A DNA stretch of 15,043 nt from Archangiaceae bacterium (GTDB lineage: Bacteria > Myxococcota > Myxococcia > Myxococcales > Myxococcaceae). Location: assembly GCA_043750125.1 (NCBI GenBank), contig JAYVCD010000272.1, positions 1-15,043 of the forward strand, read 5' to 3'. Of the stretch, positions 7,301 to 14,118 are shown in pieces (the stretch's first letter is position 1; every line of letters starts with the position of its first letter). Made by a program: the position numbers and the translations under genes. The notes under the pieces are model-generated. The model was not told the DNA's origin and ran no database searches. It was given only the letters and a program-made list of their open reading frames with translations.

Positions 7301-9090
7301 AAAGGCACGATCAGACTCTGCTGTGGCAGTACGCCGCGCGCGAGCTCGACACCGAAGAGTCGGCGCTGGTCGAGCATCACCTTTCGGAATGCGTCGAGTG
7401 CAAAGAGCGGCTGCTCGACGTTCGCCAGGCGCGGCTGGTGCTGCAGGATGCTCAGGCGCCCCGCCCCAACGTGAAGTGGGAAAAAGTCGATCAGGGAATT
7501 TCGCAGTTGGTGGAGGCGCAGCTGCTGCGTCAGTCGAAAGCGGCGCAGCGAGGTTGGCGATGGCCGTTGGCGTTCGCGGCGATCGCAGCCGCAGTGATTG
7601 CGCTGGGGTCGACGGGCAAGCTCGACCTGACCCGTGCTCCCGAAGAGGCGCCCAGTGAAGCCATCGCCTCGAGCGGAACCGAGGTGGAGCAGGCGTTGGG
7701 CTTGAGTCGGGTGGGCGCGGAGCTGGCGCTGGCGCGGCAGGGTGAACGACTGGGTGCGGGAGAAGTGCTGCGGACGGCGGTGGGAGGGCGAGGGGTATTG
7801 GCGCTGCCGGACGGAAGCCGAATGCGATTGGCGGGTGGGTCCCAGCTGGCGTTGACGCGGACCGAGGCGGACGACGTGGCGTTGACGCTCGAGCGGGGAA
7901 GGGTAGGGGTGCAGGCCTCGCACCGGGTTCGCCGGGGTTTTGTGGTGCACACCAACGGAATGTCGGTGCGGGTGGTGGGCACGTTGTTCCTGGTTTCGCA
8001 GGTGGCGGGGGTGGTGGAAGTGGCGGTGGCCGAGGGGACGGTGGTGGTCGAGCCGCCTGAAGGCGAGGCGCTGCGGCTGGTGGGAGGAGAGCGGGTGCGC
8101 TTCGAGCGAGGCAACTGGAAACCGCTTCGTGGGGCGGTGAGTGTTGGGCAGGTGGCAGAGCTCAATGAGCTGAGTGCTCCGCCGATGACTGAAGCGGCGG
8201 GAGTTGCGCGGGCGCCGGCCGGAGGAACGTTGCCGGCGGGAGCGATGGCGCGCCGCGACGATGCCAGGGTTCATTCGATGCAGCAGACTTCGCAGGTGGT
8301 GGGTGTGGCGTTGACTCCGGACCCGCCGGCTTCGCAAGAAGAAGGGCTGTTGCCGAGGAAGCAGGCGGTGCCGAGGGGCGCACCGACGCTGTGGCCATTG
8401 GGTCATCCACGAGCCCAGAGCCCGGCGAATCCGCAGAGCGCTGGAGCGACGAGCGAAGACGAGGCGCCGCAGTTCGAAGAGAAGGCTTCGGTGTGGCCGT
8501 CGATGGGCGGGGGGCCGGTGACCTACGAGCCCCGAATGCGCAAGCGTTCGACGGCGAAAGTGGCGAGCAATCCCGCGGCGGCAGTGCCGCAACCTTTGGC
8601 GGCGGCGATTGCGGGGGACATCACGCCAGCGGCGGACGTGGCTCCGCAGTACCAGCTGGACGTAGAGCCGCCGGCGTCGGAAGCGCAGAAGGGCGCGGAC
8701 CCGGCAGAGTTTGGAGAGTTCCCGAAGGCGCAGGCGCCGACTGCGGCATCGCCGGTTGCGCCGAAGGCTCTGACGAAGGCGCGAGCGGGAGCAACGCCGA
8801 AGCAGCTGAAGAATGCGGATCCGTTGCCTGAGGATCTCGAGACGTTGTTTCTTCAGCGCGCTGAGCGAGGTCTGGATCGGGGCATCTGCGAGAGGTACCT
8901 GATGGGGTTGCAGGAAATCGCAGGGGACTCGAGCCGAAACGAGCGTGCCGAGAAGGCGCGGATACTCAGAGCGCGCTGCTACGACGCGAAGGTTCGGCCG
9001 GACCTTTCCGAGATTGAGTACCGCCGGTACCTCGAGGTGTGGCCGAAGGGCCGGCACGCGGATGAGGCGCGCAAAGCGATCATCGAGTGA
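7297..9090 (+). CDS. Membrane anti-sigma factor: zf-HC2 (ZAS), TM helix, FecR-like domain, Pro/Ala-rich linker, C-terminal TPR-like domain, 597 aa
   Basis: ATGA overlap with the sigma stop. HLSECVEC is an HxxxCxxC motif; TM WPLAFAAIAAAVIALG. FecR-like LPDGSRMRL...LERGRV...VRVVGTLFLV...VAVAEGTVVV. C-terminal ILRARCY...EYRRYLEVWPKGRHADEAR. Confidence 0.88.
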   Translation: MKRHDQTLLWQYAARELDTEESALVEHHLSECVECKERLLDVRQARLVLQDAQAPRPNVKWEKVDQGISQLVEAQLLRQSKAAQRGWRWPLAFAAIAAAVIALGSTGKLDLTRAPEEAPSEAIASSGTEVEQALGLSRVGAELALARQGERLGAGEVLRTAVGGRGVLALPDGSRMRLAGGSQLALTRTEADDVALTLERGRVGVQASHRVRRGFVVHTNGMSVRVVGTLFLVSQVAGVVEVAVAEGTVVVEPPEGEALRLVGGERVRFERGNWKPLRGAVSVGQVAELNELSAPPMTEAAGVARAPAGGTLPAGAMARRDDARVHSMQQTSQVVGVALTPDPPASQEEGLLPRKQAVPRGAPTLWPLGHPRAQSPANPQSAGATSEDEAPQFEEKASVWPSMGGGPVTYEPRMRKRSTAKVASNPAAAVPQPLAAAIAGDITPAADVAPQYQLDVEPPASEAQKGADPAEFGEFPKAQAPTAASPVAPKALTKARAGATPKQLKNADPLPEDLETLFLQRAERGLDRGICERYLMGLQEIAGDSSRNERAEKARILRARCYDAKVRPDLSEIEYRRYLEVWPKGRHADEARKAIIE

Positions 9091-9111
9091 GTCGAGGTTT
9101 CCTGAGTGGGG

Positions 9112-9250
9112 CCCGCACTGGTGAGGTTTACCCGCGCGCTTCGACGGTGCCGCTCACCAGTGGGGGTAGATCACACCGGTACACCAGCAAAACGCCTGAG
9201 GCGAACGCAGCAGAACGCAAAGGCGAGATGAATGAACAGCTCATCTCGCC
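9112..9250. other. Two 10-bp inverted repeats in the convergent intergenic region (possible terminators or structured RNA)
   Basis: CACTGGTGAG (9116-9125) pairs with CTCACCAGTG (9153-9162). GGCGAGATGA (9222-9231) pairs with TCATCTCGCC (9241-9250). Confidence 0.6.
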
Positions 9251-9505
9251 AATGCCCGAGGAACGAAGGAACCTGCGCCGCGCCGGGGCACTTGCGGAAG
9301 ATTCCCGAGCGCACAAACGGCTGCGACGCGAAACCGGCCGATGTCGGATTGCGCCGTGATCTGAGGCAAATCGGGGAGGCGCGAAGGGGTGGCGCAGCGC
9401 CCGGCGTCGCGCCGCACTCGCCCCATTCTTCCCCGGGCCTGGATGCGCCAAGACGAAGCTAAGGGGGCCGCGAGAGCCAGTCGACGAGCAAAATCGACAG
9501 AACAA

Positions 9506-10693
9506 TCACTTCTCACCCGGAGGAAGTGGCTGTCCGGGCCAGGCGACGACCTGAACGGTCGAGTGATCATCGAGGGCGAGGCCATCGCCGCGGGGTTCGG
9601 TGAGGTCGAGCTTGACGACGGCGCCGCGGGGCAAGCGGAAGAAGAGCTTGTTGTTTTCGGTCTGATGTTTCTGCTGCAGGGCGAGGCCGACGCGGCCTTC
9701 GGGGCCGCACCCCATGAAGCGAAGGCGACCTTTGCCTTCGAGCGGCTCGGAGACGATGCGAAACAACCGGCCGGGCGGAGGTTCGGCCCAGGGTTCACCT
9801 TTGGGGGCCAGGGCGAGATAGCTCATCTTCAGAGACTCTTTATGAATCCCGGCGAGCCGGGCGATCGCCTCGACGGTCTTGGGCATTTTCCAGTCGCGTT
9901 CGGCGTGGCACCAATCGGATTCCTTGGTCAGGGCGGGGCAGTTGCCGCGGAAGAGGCAAGGGGCGCGGACGGCGTACCCCCGGGACACCATGCGATCGCG
10001 AAGCTGGAGCAGGGCGCGCGAAGTGTCGCGCAGAGCGGGCTCGAGAATCAGCAGGCTGCCGCGGGGTTTGACCCTGGCGAGGACGGTCTCGAGCAGGGCG
10101 GCGCGCTTGTCGAGCACCGACGCGGTGATCTCTTTCCCGTCGTGAAACAGCTCGTTGACGACGTGGCCCATGAGGACGAGGTCGAACTGGCCGTCGGGAA
10201 GGGGGCGGTCGGGGCTCCATTCGCGGGTGGCGATGGGCTCGGTGGCTTCGGTGGCCAGCGCTTTGGCGAGATCGAGGGCGGCCTTGCTGCGATCGGCTGA
10301 AGTGACGGCGGCGGCGCCGGCGTCGAGCGCGGCGAAGGACATCGGGCCGGGACCGCTGCCGAGATCGAGGACCTCGCGGGGGCGGGGGAGCTCGCCTAAG
10401 GCCTGGCGGGCCTGGGCGTAGCTGACCGGCCAATAGAACAGCAGGTAGGCGCCGAGCAGGGCCGGGTCGTCCATGTACTTCGCCCCGGCGAGCTGGCGAT
10501 CACGGGTGAGGCCGAGAGAGAGGGTGCGAACGCCCTGGGAGACCTGCTTGAGCTCGTGGGGAGTGAGCTCGCCGTCGTCCTCTTCCTCTTCTTCGTACCG
10601 CTGCTTCTTCGAAACCTTGCCGCCGCGTGAACGCCACACCTTGATCAGGAGAGGCATCCAGCGTGCAAGGTCCTTATGGTAGTCGCTCGACAT
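9506..10693 (-). CDS. Rsm22/METTL17-family SAM-dependent methyltransferase-like protein, 395 aa
   Basis: From ATG 10693 (MSSDYHKDLARW); an alternative ATG is at 10657. Motifs: AYLLFYWPVSY, VLDLGSGPG, LLILEPA, APCLFRGNCP...DWCHAE, KMSYL, RIVSEPLEGKGRLRFMGCGPEG. Confidence 0.88.
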   Translation of the reverse strand: MSSDYHKDLARWMPLLIKVWRSRGGKVSKKQRYEEEEEDDGELTPHELKQVSQGVRTLSLGLTRDRQLAGAKYMDDPALLGAYLLFYWPVSYAQARQALGELPRPREVLDLGSGPGPMSFAALDAGAAAVTSADRSKAALDLAKALATEATEPIATREWSPDRPLPDGQFDLVLMGHVVNELFHDGKEITASVLDKRAALLETVLARVKPRGSLLILEPALRDTSRALLQLRDRMVSRGYAVRAPCLFRGNCPALTKESDWCHAERDWKMPKTVEAIARLAGIHKESLKMSYLALAPKGEPWAEPPPGRLFRIVSEPLEGKGRLRFMGCGPEGRVGLALQQKHQTENNKLFFRLPRGAVVKLDLTEPRGDGLALDDHSTVQVVAWPGQPLPPGEK

Positions 10694-10705
10694 GAGAGTG
10701 GGCCG

Positions 10706-11704
10706 ATGATCATCGAAGTCAAAGCGCTGAAGAAGCATTACCGCGTCCATAAACGGCAACCGGGGCTCGGTGCTGCGATCAAGTCGCTGTTTCATCGAGA
10801 GCACACGACGGTGAAGGCCGTCGATGGAATCTCGTTTTCGATCAACGCCGGCGAGCGGGTGGGATTCCTGGGTCCGAACGGGGCGGGGAAGACGACGACG
10901 CTCAAAGTGCTGTCCGGGCTGCTGTACCCGAGCGACGGCGAAGTGACGGTCGACGGTCACACCCCGCAGCGGCGCGAGGTGGCGTTCCTCAAGAAAATCA
11001 TGTTGGTGATGGGTCAGAAGCAGCAGCTGTTGTGGGATCTTCCGCCGGCCGAGACGTTCGATCTGAACCGGGCGATCTACGAAGTGCCGAAGGAAGACTT
11101 CAAGAAGCGGCTCAACGAGCTGACCGAGCTGCTCGGGGTGGGGGACATCATTCACAAGCCGACCCGGCAGTTGTCGCTGGGCGAGCGGATGAAGTGCGAG
11201 CTGATGGCGGCGCTGGTGCACGGCCCGAAGGTGCTCTTCCTCGACGAGCCGACCATCGGCCTCGACGTCTCGATGCAGGTGACGATGCGCGACTTCATTC
11301 GCCGCTACAACGCCGAGGTCGGAGCGACGCTGATCCTCACCAGTCACTACATGGACGACGTGGCGGCGCTGTGTCCGCGGGTGATCGTGATCGACAAGGG
11401 CAGCTTGAGCTTCGATGGAAAGCTCGAAGACCTTCGCACCCAGGTCCGGCCGGTGAAGCGGGTGGCGTTCCGGCTGTCGGCGCCGGTGGCAGACAGCGCG
11501 CTGGCGGCGATGGGAAAGCTGGTGTCGAACCAGCTGGGCGAAGCGGTGATCGAAGTGGCGGTGGACGACGTGAAAGAAGTGGTGGGGCGGGCGCTGGCGA
11601 GCCTGCCGGTGAAGGACCTGACGGTCGAGAACCCTCCGCTGGAAGAGGTGATGAGCGAGCTGTTCGAGCGCAGCCGGGCGGCGCGCAAGTCCGAGGCGGC
11701 CTGA
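10706..11704 (+). CDS. ABC transporter ATP-binding protein (COG4586-like), 332 aa
   Basis: Walker A GPNGAGKTT, signature variant LSLGERMK, Walker B LFLDEPT, H-loop TSHYM. The start MIIEV is at ATG 10706. Confidence 0.95.
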   Translation: MIIEVKALKKHYRVHKRQPGLGAAIKSLFHREHTTVKAVDGISFSINAGERVGFLGPNGAGKTTTLKVLSGLLYPSDGEVTVDGHTPQRREVAFLKKIMLVMGQKQQLLWDLPPAETFDLNRAIYEVPKEDFKKRLNELTELLGVGDIIHKPTRQLSLGERMKCELMAALVHGPKVLFLDEPTIGLDVSMQVTMRDFIRRYNAEVGATLILTSHYMDDVAALCPRVIVIDKGSLSFDGKLEDLRTQVRPVKRVAFRLSAPVADSALAAMGKLVSNQLGEAVIEVAVDDVKEVVGRALASLPVKDLTVENPPLEEVMSELFERSRAARKSEAA

Positions 11705-11707
11705 GCC

Positions 11708-12520
11708 ATGTTCCGAACGTTGCGAGCGCTGCCGACGATCATGCGGGTCGGCGTTTCCGAAGCGGTGGCGTACCGGGCCGAGATGCTGGTCTGGGTCTTC
11801 GCGACGACGATGCCGTTCATCATGTTGGCGCTGTGGTCGGCGGTGGCAGCGGTCGCTCCGATCGTGAGCAGCAGCGGCCGCAGCTACTCGAGCGGAATGT
11901 TCACCGCCTACTTCCTGGCGGTGTTCATCGTGCGTCAGCTGATTTCCAGCTGGGCGTCGTGGGAGATCAACTGGGAAGTGCGGCAGGGCACGCTGGCGAT
12001 GCGGCTGCTGCGGCCGATTCACCCGATCGTCTCGTACGGAGCGAGCAACCTGGCGGCGCTGCCGATGCGTTCGGTGGTGACGCTGCCGGTGGTGGTGATC
12101 ATCTACGCCCTCGGGGTGGGGGGCACCTTCCCGTCGGACCCGCGGGTCTGGGCGCTGTGGTGTGTGGCGATGGTGGGAGGGTGGCTGATCACCTTCTTCG
12201 CCAACATCGCGATCGGCAGCCTGTGCCTCTACATGGAATCGAGCATCAAGGTGATGGACATCTGGCTGGCGGGGTTCTTCGTCTTCTCGGGGTACCTCTA
12301 CCCGCTCGACATGTTCCCGAGCTTCGTGCGGGTCGCGGCCGATTGGCTTCCGTTTCGCTACCAGATTGGGGTGCCGGTCGAGCTGATGACGGGAGCGCAC
12401 GACTTGAGCGAAGCGCTGCGACTGGTGACGCTGCAGTGGATGTGGGCGGCCGGCCTGGGCGTGGGCGCGGTGCTGCTGTGGAACAACGGCGTGAAGCGCT
12501 TTCAGGCTTACGGAGGCTGA
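11708..12520 (+). CDS. ABC-2 family permease (DUF990-type, COG4587-like)
   Basis: About six hydrophobic segments; motifs AYR, EVRQGTLAMRLLRP and FSGYLYPLDMFP...WLPF. Starts 3 bp after the ATPase. Confidence 0.9.
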   Translation: MFRTLRALPTIMRVGVSEAVAYRAEMLVWVFATTMPFIMLALWSAVAAVAPIVSSSGRSYSSGMFTAYFLAVFIVRQLISSWASWEINWEVRQGTLAMRLLRPIHPIVSYGASNLAALPMRSVVTLPVVVIIYALGVGGTFPSDPRVWALWCVAMVGGWLITFFANIAIGSLCLYMESSIKVMDIWLAGFFVFSGYLYPLDMFPSFVRVAADWLPFRYQIGVPVELMTGAHDLSEALRLVTLQWMWAAGLGVGAVLLWNNGVKRFQAYGG

Positions 12521-12521
12521 C

Positions 12522-13316
12522 GTGGGCCGCTACTTCAGACTGCTGAAGATCCAGCTGCGCACCTCGGCGTTGGTCGCCGCGCAGTACCGGTGGGACTTCG
12601 CGATCGACGCTTTGATCTCGATCTTCTGGACCACGACCGCGGTGATCCCGCTGTTCGTCGTCTACGGGGGAGCGAGCACCGGTGGGATCCCGGGTTGGAC
12701 GTTGTCGGAAGCGCTGGTGGTGATCGGCTGGTTCATCTTGCTGCAGGGGGTGCTCGAGGGCGCGATCAACCCCGGCCTCACCGCAGTCGTGGATCACATT
12801 CGCAAAGGCACGCTCGACTTCGTGTTGCTCAAGCCGGCCGACGCCCAATTCCTGGTGTCGACTTCGCGGTTCGCGTTGTGGCGGGTGACCAGCGTGGTGA
12901 TGGGCCTGGTGATCTTCGGAATTGCCTTCAGCCGGCTGGGGCGCTGGCCGTCGGGTTCAGGAATTCTGCAGGCCCTGATGCTGGCGGCGCTGGCGATCGC
13001 GGTCCTCTATTCGCTGTGGATCATGATCGTCAGCCTCGCGTTCTACGTGGTGAAGGTCGACAACCTCACCTACCTCTTCAGCTCGATCTTCGACGCGGCG
13101 CGCTGGCCGGCGACGGTGTTCCGGGGAGCGCTGCACCTGGTCTTCACCTTCGTCATTCCGCTGGCGCTGATGACGACGTACCCGGCGCAGGCGCTGCTGG
13201 GTCGGCTGGAATGGGTGACCCTGGGCAGCTCGTTGGTGGGAACCGTGGTGCTGGCGACGATCTCCCGGCAGGTCTGGCTGATGAGCATTCGCCGCTACAC
13301 CTCGGCGAGCTCGTAA
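12522..13316 (+). CDS. ABC-2 family permease (DUF990-type, COG3694-like)
   Basis: GTG start 1 bp after the previous stop. Motifs QYR, IPGWT, IRKGTLDFVLLKPADAQF, RWPATVF, TFVIPLA...YPA; multiple TM segments. Confidence 0.9.
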   Translation: MGRYFRLLKIQLRTSALVAAQYRWDFAIDALISIFWTTTAVIPLFVVYGGASTGGIPGWTLSEALVVIGWFILLQGVLEGAINPGLTAVVDHIRKGTLDFVLLKPADAQFLVSTSRFALWRVTSVVMGLVIFGIAFSRLGRWPSGSGILQALMLAALAIAVLYSLWIMIVSLAFYVVKVDNLTYLFSSIFDAARWPATVFRGALHLVFTFVIPLALMTTYPAQALLGRLEWVTLGSSLVGTVVLATISRQVWLMSIRRYTSASS

Positions 13317-13319
13317 CCC

Positions 13320-14093
13320 GTGCGAATCATCACCTGGAACGTCAACTCGATCCGCGCGCGGGCGGCCCACCTGCTCGATGTTCTGCAGCGGTTGCAGCCG
13401 GACGCGATGATGCTTCAAGAGCTCAAGTGCACCGACGAGCAATTTCCCTCGGCCGAGGTCGAGGCGGCCGGGTACCACTGCGAGGTCTATGGGCAGAAGT
13501 CGTTCAATGGGGTCGCGCTGCTGTCGAAAGAGAAGCCGACCGACGTGGTGCGAAACATCAGCGACGGGGCCGAAGATCCCCAGGCCCGGTTGATCGGCGC
13601 GACGGTGCGCGGAGTGCGGATCTACGGGCTGTACGCGCCCAACGGGCAGGCGGTCGGGTCCGAAGCCTTCGAATACAAGCTCAACTGGTTTACCCGATTG
13701 CGCCGGTTCCTCACCCAGCGTCACGCTTCCGAATCGAAGCTGGTCCTGTGCGGGGACTTCAACGTCGCGCCCGAAGATCTCGATGTCTGGGACCCGCGGC
13801 TGTTCGCCGGGCAGACGCTGTTCACCGATTCGGAAAAGCGCGCCTGGCGCGAGCTGCGCGACAGCTTGAAGATGACCGACGTCTTTCGGGCCCAGCATCC
13901 GGACGAAAAGAAGTTCAGCTGGTGGGACTACCGGCTCAGCGGGTACGCGAAGAACCACGGGCTGCGCATTGACCACTTCCTCTGCACGCCTCCGGTGACG
14001 GCGTTATCCCGCTCTTCGGGCATCGACCCGGTGGCGCGGGAACAGAAGCTTCCCAGTGATCACGCCCCAGTCTGGGCGGACTTCGATATGTAG
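13320..14093 (+). CDS. xth: Exodeoxyribonuclease III (AP endonuclease)
   Basis: TWNVNSIRAR, LQELK, NGVA, YAPNG, GDFNVA, FSWWDYR, GLRIDH and SDHAPV form the complete ExoIII motif set. Confidence 0.96.
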   Translation: MRIITWNVNSIRARAAHLLDVLQRLQPDAMMLQELKCTDEQFPSAEVEAAGYHCEVYGQKSFNGVALLSKEKPTDVVRNISDGAEDPQARLIGATVRGVRIYGLYAPNGQAVGSEAFEYKLNWFTRLRRFLTQRHASESKLVLCGDFNVAPEDLDVWDPRLFAGQTLFTDSEKRAWRELRDSLKMTDVFRAQHPDEKKFSWWDYRLSGYAKNHGLRIDHFLCTPPVTALSRSSGIDPVAREQKLPSDHAPVWADFDM

Positions 14094-14118
14094 TCGGCAC
14101 CAAGCATAAGGGGCTGTC

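Noticed and set aside
7243-9057. 604-aa minus-strand ORF and similar long alternative-frame ORFs (451-1545, 2406-3590, 4341-5582, 11032-12546, 12590-13972)
   Set aside because: They overlap well-supported genes, have no motifs, and show the Arg/Pro/Gly-rich composition expected from stop-poor high-GC DNA.
9087-9359. 90-aa ORF whose GTG overlaps the anti-sigma stop
   Set aside because: The GTGA overlap arises easily by chance, there is no motif, and codon usage is atypical. It was kept only as part of the spacer finding.
10577-10625. Basic-then-acidic patch (GGKVSKKQRYEEEEEDDG) near the Rsm22-like N-terminus
   Set aside because: Probably a low-complexity loop insertion; the frame is intact and no function can be supported.
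10694-12400. 964-aa minus-strand ORF suggesting a large N-terminal extension of the Rsm22-like protein
   Set aside because: The extension is the Arg/His-rich antisense shadow of the ABC genes; recognisable sequence starts at MSSDYHK (10693).
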